Positions 48,437 to 57,921 of a DNA stretch of 64,000 nt are shown here, in pieces. Origin of the DNA: Longimicrobiales bacterium (GTDB lineage: Bacteria; Gemmatimonadota; Gemmatimonadetes; Longimicrobiales; Gaopeijiaceae); the NCBI GenBank assembly GCA_965198065.1, contig CBDAON010000004.1, positions 2,304,001 through 2,368,000 on the forward strand. The letters run 5' to 3'. How positions within the stretch are numbered: the first letter of the stretch is position 1; every line of letters begins with the position of its first letter. The notes beneath the pieces were generated by a model. It made no database searches. It had not been told where the DNA came from and saw nothing but the letters and a program-made list of their open reading frames with translations. A program made the position numbers and the translations under genes.

Positions 48437-49065
48437 TGGATCGACTCCTCCCGAGCCCGGGCGGCGTCGCCCGGGCAAGGCTCCGGAGGCTTTACGACTG
48501 GGTTCTCGGTTGGGCGAGAACTCCGTACGCGCTCGTGGCGCTCGTCACGCTCTCCGTAGCCGAAGCGTCGTTCTTCCCGGTCCCGCCGGATCCACTCCTC
48601 ATCGCGATGTGCCTCGGAGCACCCGCGGCGGCCTTTCGATTCGCCGCCTGGACGACGGCCGCGTCTGTGGCGGGGGGCGTCGCGGGGTACGCCATGGGTT
48701 TCGCGGCGTGGACCCTCCTTTCGGCATTCTTCTTCCAATGGGTGCCGGGCGTGACGCCGGAGGCTTTCGCGTCCGTTCAGACGCTTTACGGGCGCTACGA
48801 TTTCTGGGCCATCTTCCTGGCCGGGCTCACGCCCGTGCCGTACAAGGTGTTCACCCTCTCTGCGGGGGTATTCGCCCTCGACTTCCCGGTATTCGTGCTG
48901 GCGAGCTTCTCCAGCCGCGGGCTCCGGTTCTTTGCCGTGGCCACCCTGGTCTGGAAGTTCGGGGCGCCGGTTACGGCTTTCGTGGATCGCTACTTCAACG
49001 TTCTGACTGTGGTCTTCGGGGCTCTCCTGGTGCTGGGCTTCATTCTTGTCGGCACACTCCTCTGA
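48436..49065 (+). CDS. YqaA/DedA (VTT) family membrane protein
   Basis: EASFFPVPPD, TPVPYKVFT, SRGLRFF. Confidence 0.88.
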   Translation: MDRLLPSPGGVARARLRRLYDWVLGWARTPYALVALVTLSVAEASFFPVPPDPLLIAMCLGAPAAAFRFAAWTTAASVAGGVAGYAMGFAAWTLLSAFFFQWVPGVTPEAFASVQTLYGRYDFWAIFLAGLTPVPYKVFTLSAGVFALDFPVFVLASFSSRGLRFFAVATLVWKFGAPVTAFVDRYFNVLTVVFGALLVLGFILVGTLL

Positions 49066-49215
49066 GCACCCCCCTCGAGGGGGGACCCCGAGTCACCTCC
49101 CGAAAGCGGGCGACGGTCCCGGTCGGTGACTCGCTACCCAGGCGATCGTCCAGGTGCGAGTAGGGAGGGGGCGCCATATATTGGGGCCTGGTTGGCGTTC
49201 GACAGGGAGGGAGAC

Positions 49216-49800
49216 ATGGCCGACAGTCAAGCGGGCGCCGGTCGGCCCGGCCCGGAGGCTAGGCAGGACGGGGCAGGGGGGCCGGACGGCGAAGTACCCC
49301 CGAACAGGCCGCGAAAGCTCGACCAGCTCCCTCCGCCCGCCTTTCCGCCCGGAGCGCGGCGCACAGCACCCACGCGGTCGCCCCCAGACGGGGACGGGGA
49401 GACGTCCCTCGCCGAACAGCTCCCCGAGGGAGCGCTCATCTCTCCGGACGAGCCCGTTCGGCGCGTTTCCGGCGAGGTCCCCGAGGATGCCTTCATCTCC
49501 CCGGATGAGCCCATTCGGAGCCGTGACCCCCTTCCGGGACGTCCCCAGGACGCCGCCGCAACCGAGGACGACGTCGTTGTCACCGGCATAGGGGAGCAGG
49601 ACCCCGCCTACTACCGATCCCCATCCGCCGTCGTAGCCGACATGCACGACATCGAACAGGCGGCGCCAGTGCTGGAGGATCTCGCCAGGCAAATCCGGGC
49701 CGACGGAGTAGCCGCGCTCTTTTTGGAGTCGGGGCTCTCCCGGTTCGAGTCCGCACTCCGGAGCTTCCTGGCCGGCTACTTCGCCCGGGGAAGCGACTGA
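49216..49800 (+). CDS. Hypothetical protein with a duplicated ISPDEP motif
   Basis: GGGAGG RBS; PEGALISPDEP and PEDAFISPDEP 19 aa apart; helical C-terminus. Confidence 0.65.
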   Translation: MADSQAGAGRPGPEARQDGAGGPDGEVPPNRPRKLDQLPPPAFPPGARRTAPTRSPPDGDGETSLAEQLPEGALISPDEPVRRVSGEVPEDAFISPDEPIRSRDPLPGRPQDAAATEDDVVVTGIGEQDPAYYRSPSAVVADMHDIEQAAPVLEDLARQIRADGVAALFLESGLSRFESALRSFLAGYFARGSD

Positions 49801-49957
49801 GCGGTTCCCCTCCAAGCGCTCTCGTTGCTCGGCGAACAAGACGAGGCCCGGCCCCCGTTCTCTCCCGGGAGCCGGGCCGTTGTCGGTGCGGTTGGCCGGG
49901 TCTGGCGCGGGGCCCTCGAGGCCCCGGTCGCCTGACCGGCCCTTCGCGCCAGCTACC

Positions 49958-50482
49958 CTAGACGGTGCCGGCGACGTCGACCTCCGGGCGCTCGGGCTCC
50001 CCGTCGGGGCGGTCCGGCCGGTCGGGGCGGTCCGGCCGGTCGGGGCGATCCACATCTGGCCCCCGGTGATGCCTGTCGTCCAAGTATCGGATCACGCGAC
50101 TGGAAATCGAGGCGGACGCCTTGGCGCTTCGGATAGCCGCGTCGAACTCGCGCGCCTCGAAAGCCCGGACCGCCTGGTCCAACAGGTGCTCGGCCTCGCG
50201 AAGGGCCGCCGCCACCCGCGGCTCCGGGCTCGGTCCCGCCAGCTCGACCGCCTTCCTCAGCAGCTTCTGGGCGTGCTCGATCCACCGAGCCGCCACGGCC
50301 GCCGGATCGTGCCGCACGTCGTCGCCCGGGCGCTCCGGCGCCGCCTCGGGAAGCGAGACCTCCACCGCGGGCAGGAAGTCCAGATTTGGCTGGAGCTCCG
50401 CTACCGGTCCCAAGGGGCCCGTGTCGCATCCCGCTACCGCGGCGAGCAGCACCGACCACCACAGCTTCTTCATGCCGTTCAT
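49958..50482 (-). CDS. Putative lipoprotein with (DRP)n tail
   Basis: GGGAGG RBS, MNGMKKLWWSVLLAAVAGC lipobox, helical core, tandem repeat at about 50006-50050 encoding DRPDRPDRPDRPD. Confidence 0.65.
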   Translation of the reverse strand: MNGMKKLWWSVLLAAVAGCDTGPLGPVAELQPNLDFLPAVEVSLPEAAPERPGDDVRHDPAAVAARWIEHAQKLLRKAVELAGPSPEPRVAAALREAEHLLDQAVRAFEAREFDAAIRSAKASASISSRVIRYLDDRHHRGPDVDRPDRPDRPDRPDRPDGEPERPEVDVAGTV

Positions 50483-50755
50483 GACCATCCTCCCGTTTAG
50501 GCCGGGGGGCCGGTAAGGGCCCCCTGGTTGCTCGAGTCCGATCGGGGCTTCCTCCGGAGTGGAGGAGCGGCCGTCCGATCTCGGCCTGGGGAAGGGCAGG
50601 AAGGGTACCGTGCGGGCGTTGTGCATCCTAACGCGTTATCACAAAGTGAGTTAAGAATGATAATATCATTCCTCAGGATAGGTGAGCGCAACGAGGTTTA
50701 GCTCATAAAGAGTGCATAGGAGCAGGAGGGTGCATCACAGAAACAGTGCAGAACC

Positions 50756-51163
50756 CTAGGGGTCGCCGACGGCGCTCAGGACCACGTCGCGCTTTCGGGC
50801 GCGGGTGTCGAAATCGAGCAGCACTACCTGTTGCCACGTGCCTAGCGGAACCCTCCCGTCAACGATCGGGAGGGCGAGGGAGGGGCCGACCAGGCTCGCG
50901 CGGACATGCGCGTGGCCGTTGTCGTCGCCCCAGGTCTCCTCGTGGACGTACGACGCATCCCGCGCAGCCAGACGCTCGAAGGCCGCCGCAAGGTCGTGCT
51001 CCGCGAGTCCCGGCTCGAACTCCGTGGTCGTGAGCGCGGCGGTCGACCCTACGACCATCGCCGCGGCGTGGCCGGTCCGGATCCCGGACGCCTGGACGGC
51101 CTCCTGAACGGGCTCGGTCAGGTCTACGACGTGGCCGTGACCGCGGGTTTTGACGGCTCGCAT
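50756..51163 (-). CDS. yjbQ: YjbQ/UPF0047-family protein
   Basis: [38 protein letters not shown]. Confidence 0.85.
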   Translation of the reverse strand: MRAVKTRGHGHVVDLTEPVQEAVQASGIRTGHAAAMVVGSTAALTTTEFEPGLAEHDLAAAFERLAARDASYVHEETWGDDNGHAHVRASLVGPSLALPIVDGRVPLGTWQQVVLLDFDTRARKRDVVLSAVGDP

Positions 51164-51985
51164 GGGGCTCTCCGGATCCCCGGCGGGCCCCCTGTCAGGC
51201 GTCCCTCGGGGAGAGTGTTGTGGGCTTGACGCGCGGCCTCGCTCGGGCAGACGGCCCCGAACCGCCGCTCCCGCGAATGATACTCGCCCACCGCGGCCTC
51301 GAGCGCGACCGGGCCGAAGTCGGGCCAGAGAACGGGAGAGAACACGAGCTCCGCGTACGCGCATTCCCAGAGCAGGAAATCGCTCAGGCGGAGGCTCCCC
51401 TCCTGTACGGATCAGGAGGTCCACGTCCCCCACGGGTCCGCCGCCGTGGGTCGCCTCGCCAAGCATGTCGGCAAAGGAGCGCCGGGTGAGGGCCTCGGCC
51501 CCGCGAGCCCGCTCGGCGGCCCTCAGGATCGAATCGCGGGAAGAGTAGTCCACGGCCAGCCGCAGCTCGAGCGTCCGGCCGGCCGAGGTCGCTTGCTCGA
51601 TCTCCTCGATGGCCCGCCTCAGCGCGAAGCTCAGGCGATCCCTCCGGCCGATCACCCTGACGCGAACGCGCTCCTTGACGCAGCGCGCACTCTCGCGCCG
51701 CAAATAGGACCGGAAGAGGCGCATGAGCGACTGTACCTCATCGGTGGGACGGCGCCAGTTGTCCGATGAGAAGGCGTATAGCGTAAGGGTGCCGATCCCG
51801 AGATCGGGGGCCGCCTCGACGCTTCGGCGCACAGCCTCCGCTCCCGCGCGGTGACCGGCGGTACGCGGAAGACCCCTGGCCTTGGCCCACCGTCCATTCC
51901 CATCCATGATGATGGCCACGTGGAGGCCGGCCTCCGGCCCATCCTCGCCGCCTCCCGTCGCTCGGCCCAAAGCACTTTGGATCAC
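51124..51985 (-). CDS. uppS: Undecaprenyl-diphosphate synthase-like cis-prenyltransferase; one extra base near 51389
   Basis: [30 protein letters not shown]; then in the shifted frame [26 protein letters not shown]. Confidence 0.85.
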
Positions 51986-52025
51986 AAAGCCCTCCTCCAG
52001 AAAAAAAGTCGCCTCCGGCCCCCCG

Positions 52026-52457
52026 CTACCGATCGATTCGCCCTGGCACCCGCACCCTCCGGATCAGCGCTTCCATGTGGTCGAGGTACCGCTCGAGCGA
52101 TTCTCGACCCGCACCGGTCAGGTGGAATTCCGTGCGGGGCACACGACCCTCGAACGACTTAGTGCAAGTCACGTACCCGGCCTCTTCGAGCCGCCGGGCG
52201 TGCGCGCTCAGGTTCCCGTCCGAGGTCCGGAGCAGATCTTTGAGCTCCTTGAAGGTCAGGGGATCGTTCACGGCCAGCGCGCTCACGATTCCCAGGCGAA
52301 CCCTTCCGTGGATCACACGGTTCAGCTCGAGCGGGCTCGTGCGTGAACGCACGCCCGGCGCGGCGGGCTCTCTCGCTGCACCCCCGGCGGCCGATCCTCC
52401 CCCGGGGCCGGGGCGGCCGGACCCGGAGCGGTTGGGTACTGCGCTTCGACTAGCCAC
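52026..52457 (-). CDS. Winged-helix (MarR/ArsR-like) transcriptional regulator
   Basis: [49 protein letters not shown] before the GTG. Confidence 0.85.
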   Translation of the reverse strand: MASRSAVPNRSGSGRPGPGGGSAAGGAAREPAAPGVRSRTSPLELNRVIHGRVRLGIVSALAVNDPLTFKELKDLLRTSDGNLSAHARRLEEAGYVTCTKSFEGRVPRTEFHLTGAGRESLERYLDHMEALIRRVRVPGRIDR

Positions 52458-53061
52458 CGTACCTCCTAGCGATGGTCGCTCCAAACACGATGTGGAGACC
52501 CCCGAAACCGATCCCCATGTACGCGTCGCTCCAAGCGGAAGGCGAGAAGAGGGCCGCCACCCCCACGACCATGAAACACAGCCCCATGACGGGGACGATC
52601 CGGACGGAAAACGTCCCGGCCGTCACGACCCCCACTCCGTAAAGGAGAAGCCAGACGCCCGCGACCATCTCGGACATTCTCGTCCAGTAAAGGGCCGCCG
52701 TGAGCACTCCACCCGCGACGACCGGGGGGAGAAAGCTCAGGGCGAACTTTCGGCCCGGCCCGGACAGGAGCGAGAGACCGACTTGCCTCGCCTTTCGGGC
52801 CACCGTCCACCCGCCGACTACCGCCGCGAGGACTCCCTCGGCAATCCAGATTCCGAGCCACTCGGAGCTCCCTGGCGCACCCGTCGCAAGCAGCGCGACC
52901 AGGAGGGCAGACACCCCGACCGCGACACCGCCCCAGCCAGGCAGCGCCGTGAACGCACCTGCGCCCTCCATCGTGTCCCGTATGTACTTGAGGTCGGCCA
53001 TCGCGCGGGTATGAAGCGCGAGCGGCTCGGACGCAGGGTCGGGAAGGGACGGGGGGCTCAT
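52450..53061 (-). CDS. Multi-pass membrane protein
   Basis: RAMADLKYIRDTME N-terminus, about 6 TM helices, FGGLHIVFG..IARRYGG; coupled to the regulator gene. Confidence 0.8.
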   Translation of the reverse strand: MSPPSLPDPASEPLALHTRAMADLKYIRDTMEGAGAFTALPGWGGVAVGVSALLVALLATGAPGSSEWLGIWIAEGVLAAVVGGWTVARKARQVGLSLLSGPGRKFALSFLPPVVAGGVLTAALYWTRMSEMVAGVWLLLYGVGVVTAGTFSVRIVPVMGLCFMVVGVAALFSPSAWSDAYMGIGFGGLHIVFGATIARRYGG

Positions 53062-53095
53062 GCAGAATCGATCCTGGGGGCTGTTCGTATCATCG

Positions 53096-53707
53096 TCAAG
53101 TACTTTGTCTACCAAAGTAGGCGTCTAGGGCTTCGAGCGCCACCTCGATGGCTCGAACGACACGCCCGAGACGGGGGCCACGGGGCCACCGGTTTCTGGG
53201 CACGTGGAGAAAGCCGACGGCCGTGCCGCCCTGGGCGCGCTGGAGGCCCAGGAACAGGGCCGCGTTGCATGTAAAGGTACCGGCGTGCCACGAGCCAACC
53301 GCCGCGTTCCCGTCAGACTCGATCCGGGCGGCAATGACCCGGGCGTTCCAGGGCGCCCAGAGAGCGAGCGGCGCCCCTTCGACGAGTGGCTCCCGCTCCG
53401 GGGCTCGTCTGGCGTTGTCGGGGCCCCGGGAGTCCGCCACGTTCAGCGCGACCTGCTCGACCCGGAAGGGCCTTCCCGTGACCTCGCCCACGAGGAGGAG
53501 CGCCCTCGGGCCCCCGGCGAGGAGCGCGTCGATCGCCGGACCAAGCCGCGCGAAATCGACCGGTAGGCAGGCTCGCTCGAGCCCGGGCCGATCCGGTAGA
53601 CGGCGGACGGCCTCCCACGATCGGTTGCGCTTCCGACCGCCGAAGGGCTCAAAGCCCGCAACGATGTGCTCGATGCGCGACCCGCCTTGCCAGATACGTC
53701 TTGCCAC
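53096..53707 (-). CDS. pcp: Pyroglutamyl-peptidase I
   Basis: GFEPFGG..N.SWEAV, VEQVALN, AGTFTCN, GFLHVP. Confidence 0.87.
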   Translation of the reverse strand: MARRIWQGGSRIEHIVAGFEPFGGRKRNRSWEAVRRLPDRPGLERACLPVDFARLGPAIDALLAGGPRALLLVGEVTGRPFRVEQVALNVADSRGPDNARRAPEREPLVEGAPLALWAPWNARVIAARIESDGNAAVGSWHAGTFTCNAALFLGLQRAQGGTAVGFLHVPRNRWPRGPRLGRVVRAIEVALEALDAYFGRQST

Positions 53708-53755
53708 TCCCCGGCCCGCCTGAAACGTGGATGCGGCGAGGCGGCATTATAGGAG

Positions 53756-55351
53756 TTACCTCGGTAGTAGCGCGTACTCCATGGAGTCGGTGAGCGCCTG
53801 CCACGACGCCTCGATGATGTTGGCCGACGCGCCGACGGTGCCCCAGGTGCGTTCACCGTCGGTGGACTCGACCAAGACGCGCACCACGGCGCCGGTGCCG
53901 TCGGGTCCTTGCTCTACCACGCGCACCTTGAAGTCACTCAGCGATACGCTGGTTAGCGCCGGGTAGGCCTGCTCCAGGGCGCGCCGTAGTGCCCGGTCCA
54001 GCGCGTTCACCGGCCCGTTCCCCTCCGCCACCGTGTGGGCTAATTCGCCGCCCACTCGCACCTTCACCATGGCCTCGGAGAGCGAGTCCTCACCGTCGGC
54101 GGTGCTCCCCGGCCGCCGGCGCTTCTCCATGACCACCATCAGGTCGACCAGCTCGAAGGGTGGCACATAGTCGGGTAAGGTGCGCTCCACCAGCAGCCGG
54201 AAGGAGGCCTCTGCCCCCTCGTACTGGAAACCTTCGGACTCTCGCGCCTTCACGAGTTCCAGCAACTCCAGCAATCGCTCCTTGGGCACGGCGGCCTCCA
54301 GCCCCTCTTCTTGGAGCTTCATAGTGATGTTGCCGCGCCCCGATAGCTCCGAGACGACGATGTGCCTGGAGTTACCCACCGCCTCCGGGTCCACGTGCTG
54401 GTAGGAGCCCTCGTCCTTGGCCATGGCGGCGACGTGCAGGCCGCCCTTGTGGCTGAAGGCGCTCTCGCCCACGTAGGCTTGATAGCGCGAGCGTGGCATA
54501 TTCGCCACCTCGCTGACGAAGCGGTGGGCCTCTGTGAGGTGGCGGAGCTGCTCGTCGGTCACGCAGTCGATGTCTAGCTTTAGCTTCAGGTTGCCGATGA
54601 CGCTGAGCAGGTTCGTGTTGCCGCAGCGCTCGCCGTATCCGTTGATGGTGCCCTGCACCTGCGTCGCGCCTGCTTGGACGGCGGCGATGGAGTTGGCCAC
54701 CGCCACGTCGGCATCGTTGTGACAGTGGATTCCCACGCGCGCACCAGCCTCCGACACCGCGCGGCGGGTGGCGTTGAACACATCCACTGGCAGCGAGCCA
54801 CCGTTGGTGTCGCACAGCACCACGTACTCAGCACCAGCCTCGGCCGCCGCACGGATGCAGGCGATGGCGTAGTCCGGGTTCTCGGCAAAGCCGTCGAAGA
54901 AGTGCTCGGCGTCGAAGATCAGGCGCCTGCCCTCGGAGCGCAGGTGCTCGATGGACTCGCGGATCATGGCCAGGTTCTCTTCCAGCGAGGTCTCGATGAC
55001 GGTGTTGACCTGCGACTCGGAGGCCTTGCCCACGATGGTGATGACGCCCGCGCCTGAATCCAGCAGGGCCTTCAATTGCGGGTCCGTGGTGGCGGTGGCC
55101 TTGGCGCGGCGGGTGGAACCGAAGGCGACCAGGGTCGAGTTGCGCAGGCCCAACGCCTTGGCCCTCCGGAAGAAGGCGTCGTCCTTGGGGTTGGAGCCGG
55201 GCCAGCCCCCCTCGATAAAGTGGATGCCAAGTAGGTCGAGGCGCTCGGCGATGCGCAGCTTGTCCTCGACGGACAGGCTCATACCCTCCATCTGCGTGCC
55301 GTCGCGCAGGGTCGTGTCGTACAGCGTTACTTCGTCCTTCACGCTATCCAT
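53756..55351 (-). CDS. cimA: Citramalate synthase (LeuA/CimA family)
   Basis: YDTTLRDGTQMEG, GGWPGSNPKD, DAEHFFDG, GYGERCGN, HKGGLH, EGNGPVNALD. Confidence 0.9.
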   Translation of the reverse strand: MDSVKDEVTLYDTTLRDGTQMEGMSLSVEDKLRIAERLDLLGIHFIEGGWPGSNPKDDAFFRRAKALGLRNSTLVAFGSTRRAKATATTDPQLKALLDSGAGVITIVGKASESQVNTVIETSLEENLAMIRESIEHLRSEGRRLIFDAEHFFDGFAENPDYAIACIRAAAEAGAEYVVLCDTNGGSLPVDVFNATRRAVSEAGARVGIHCHNDADVAVANSIAAVQAGATQVQGTINGYGERCGNTNLLSVIGNLKLKLDIDCVTDEQLRHLTEAHRFVSEVANMPRSRYQAYVGESAFSHKGGLHVAAMAKDEGSYQHVDPEAVGNSRHIVVSELSGRGNITMKLQEEGLEAAVPKERLLELLELVKARESEGFQYEGAEASFRLLVERTLPDYVPPFELVDLMVVMEKRRRPGSTADGEDSLSEAMVKVRVGGELAHTVAEGNGPVNALDRALRRALEQAYPALTSVSLSDFKVRVVEQGPDGTGAVVRVLVESTDGERTWGTVGASANIIEASWQALTDSMEYALLPR

Positions 55352-55391
55352 CTCGCCGCCCCTTTCGTTCGTCTGCGCTCGGTGGTGCCGG

Positions 55392-55560
55392 AAACAAAAA
55401 AACCGTCCGCAAAGGCGGACGGGCTGATAACCCGCGGTACCACCACCGTCCCCTCCGGCGACCCGGAGAGCACTCATTGGGGCGCCAACACGCCCCCGCT
55501 CATGATAACCGGTGGCTCACCGTGTACCTCAAGAGATACGCGGGCTTCGTCGGCTCCGCA
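55392..55560 (-). promoter_or_regulatory. T-box leader, 3' portion (stem II to antiterminator/terminator), upstream of cimA
   Basis: Minus strand GGUGG-UGGUACC-GCG..CGU-CCGCC antiterminator overlapping terminator CCGUCCGC-CUUU-GCGGACGG-U7; preceded by a stem III-like hairpin, AAUGAGUG and CCGGUUAUC. Confidence 0.85.
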
Positions 55561-55582
55561 ACAGTCTTTGGCATGGCGACGA

Positions 55583-55633
55583 TTTCGGACTTCTTCCCGC
55601 CCGGACGAGCTGGACCATCTGCTCCCTGTACGC
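55583..55633 (-). pseudogene. Possible tiny IS3 OrfA remnant
   Basis: Translates to AYREQMVQLVRAGRSP, resembling IS3 OrfA N-termini. Confidence 0.4.
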
Positions 55634-55733
55634 TGCCTTGGCCCCGGCGGGGAACGGGAATCCGCTCGGTCCTGCGAGGACGGCCCCCCGCGCCCGATTG
55701 GTACTATTCCCGAGGTCAGGCGTTCTTAGGGTG

Positions 55734-56333
55734 ATGAGCACCGACGACCAGGAACTGATGAGCCGCCTTCGGGATGGCGACGAGCAGGCCGTGGCAAAGC
55801 TGTTGGAGCGCCACTGGAGCGAGCTCGTGCGGTATGCGTACGGCCTCCTGGGGGATTGGGACGGGGCGGAGGATGTGACCCAGGAGGCCTACGTGCGGCT
55901 ATGGGCTAACAGGAATCGTTGGACCGAAGGGAGCTCGGCGGCCCTTCTATATCGGATCACGCGCAATGCGGCATTGGACGTGGTCAAGTCACCACGCCAC
56001 GCAGCGGGATCTGAGATGCTGGAAGGGCTGGTCGCTGAAGGGACGCCAGAAGGCGATGTCGAGCTGTCTGAGCTGGAGGAGGCGGTCGGTGAGGCGATTG
56101 AAACGCTTCCACCGCGAAGACGAGAAGTCTTCCAACTGGTGCGTGAGCGCGGCTTCTCGTATGCGAAAGTCGCAGAGATCACCCAGCTCTCTCGGCAGAC
56201 GGTCGCGAACCACATGAGCCTCGCACTGAGCGATCTAAGACTCATGCTTCGGCCGTTCCTGCCTCTGCTTATCGGTGACGATGCCGAGCCAGGTTCTCCC
56301 GGATCAGGCGAGGCCTCTCAGGGGCATTCGTGA
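55734..56333 (+). CDS. ECF sigma-70 factor
   Basis: AEDVTQEAYVRLW (region 2); LPPRRREVFQL..GFSYAKVA..TVANHM (region 4). Confidence 0.9.
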   Translation: MSTDDQELMSRLRDGDEQAVAKLLERHWSELVRYAYGLLGDWDGAEDVTQEAYVRLWANRNRWTEGSSAALLYRITRNAALDVVKSPRHAAGSEMLEGLVAEGTPEGDVELSELEEAVGEAIETLPPRRREVFQLVRERGFSYAKVAEITQLSRQTVANHMSLALSDLRLMLRPFLPLLIGDDAEPGSPGSGEASQGHS

Positions 56334-56358
56334 ACGCAAGTCACAGGTAGATTGAGCT

Positions 56359-57333
56359 ATGGACGAACTCATCATCCGCGTGCTAAACGGCGAAGCCGAG
56401 CCAATCGAAGAACATCGACTGGCCAATTGGCGAAGCGAGGCGCCGGAGAACGATCAGCACTTCCGGGACTTGTCGGCGATCTGGCGGGCGTCGGAGGCTC
56501 TCCCGGTACCTGATGCGCGTATCTCATCGCCACCGTCAGTCGAGTCGATCATCCGCCGTGGCGAAGCAGTACGACGCCAAGAGTCGCGGCGGCGCTTTGC
56601 GCGCGGGCTCGGTCGGAGGGAGATCTGGCCGTGGGCCGTGGCGGCCGTGTTCGCCACCGTCAGTCTCGGCGTCTGGATCGGCCGTGGGGAGCGCGTGGGA
56701 GAGGAGCTGGCCGGTACGGAATTCGTCGCCGGAAGCACGGAAGCCACGACCGTGGCTCTGTCCGACGGGAGCTTCGTGCGGCTGGATGCTGGGAGCATGG
56801 TGCGGTTCGCCCGGGATGGAGAGAGCAGGGAGGCGTGGCTGTCGGGGCGTGCCTTCTTCGGCGTGGCGTCCGAGCCGGAGCGTCCCTTCGTGGTTCACAC
56901 TGATTCCGGAGATACGAGGGTCCTGGGGACGCGGTTCGAGGTGAGCAGTCGAGATGACGAGTTGCGAGTGATCGTGGTCGAGGGTCTCGTCTCCGTTACT
57001 TCGACGCGCGGCCGATCGACCGAGGTCAGCAAGGGACAAGTCGCCAGCCTGGCTGCCAACGGCGACTTCTCGGTCACAACTGTGGACGATGTGTACGCGC
57101 TGCTCGACTGGGAGGGAGGGATGCTCCTATTCCAGGGGACTCCACTGGCCCAGGTCGCCGAAGAGGTCGCCGCCCACTTCGATGTGCCGGTCACGGTGGT
57201 GGACGGACTCTCTAGCCGTACACTGACCGCATGGTTCGGGGACGACTCATTGGACGAAGTCGTGGAATCGATCTGCCTTCTGGTCCAAGCGGAGTGCGAG
57301 GTCGACATGGATGGGGTCAACATCGGTGGCTAG
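56359..57333 (+). CDS. FecR-family anti-sigma factor
   Basis: N-terminal W...PEN, one TM helix, LSDGS.V.L, G.AFF.V, VLGTRF, FQGTPL. Confidence 0.88.
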   Translation: MDELIIRVLNGEAEPIEEHRLANWRSEAPENDQHFRDLSAIWRASEALPVPDARISSPPSVESIIRRGEAVRRQESRRRFARGLGRREIWPWAVAAVFATVSLGVWIGRGERVGEELAGTEFVAGSTEATTVALSDGSFVRLDAGSMVRFARDGESREAWLSGRAFFGVASEPERPFVVHTDSGDTRVLGTRFEVSSRDDELRVIVVEGLVSVTSTRGRSTEVSKGQVASLAANGDFSVTTVDDVYALLDWEGGMLLFQGTPLAQVAEEVAAHFDVPVTVVDGLSSRTLTAWFGDDSLDEVVESICLLVQAECEVDMDGVNIGG

Positions 57334-57366
57334 GCAGACGAGGGCGAATCCCAACGCGGAGCGGGG

Positions 57367-57921
57367 ATGATGCGGATGACGTGGAAGACGCTGAGCGGGA
57401 TCGGATGGCTCTCCTGTTTTCTCCTCCTACCCGGCAGTGAGATCTCGGCGCAGGCCGGGTCATCGGTGGAGCTCGTCGGTAGGCCGGCGAACGTAGAGAT
57501 ACAGGGGGAACCACTCATCGACGCGCTGAGACTCCTTCAGGCAGGGTCGGGCGTGCCTATCGCCTTCAGTCCGGAGCTCATTCCCAGCCGGCGTGTCACG
57601 CGCTGTGACTGTCTCGAGTCGACAGTCGGTGAGGCTCTCGAGATCCTGCTGGAGGATACCGAGCTCACCTTTGTGGAGCGTCGCAGTCAGATCCTCGTCA
57701 CCCCGACCTCGATTGAGAGTGGTGCTGCCCCCGTTACCAACTCAGTAGTCGGCGTCGTGCGTGAGGAGGGTAGTGGTACGCCTATTAGCTCAGCCCGAGT
57801 GGAGGTGCGGGAACGGAGGCAAGCGACACTGACGGATGCGGCCGGGCGCTTTGTTTTGCTGTCTGTACCCCCCGGCACGTATCACATCGACGTGGCCGCT
57901 CTCGGATACGGATCCATGGAG
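57367..57921 (+). pseudogene. 5' fragment of a TonB-dependent receptor (STN-like + carboxypeptidase-regulatory-like domains) cut by IS256
   Basis: Signal peptide, PL.DALRLL..SGV.IAFS, TDAAGRF..VPPGTY..ALGY; stops at the IS left TIR. Confidence 0.8.

Noticed and set aside
50756..51985. Genuine 409-aa UppS-YjbQ fusion protein
   Set aside because: The conserved UppS C-terminus is present in another frame; the fusion arises from one extra base.
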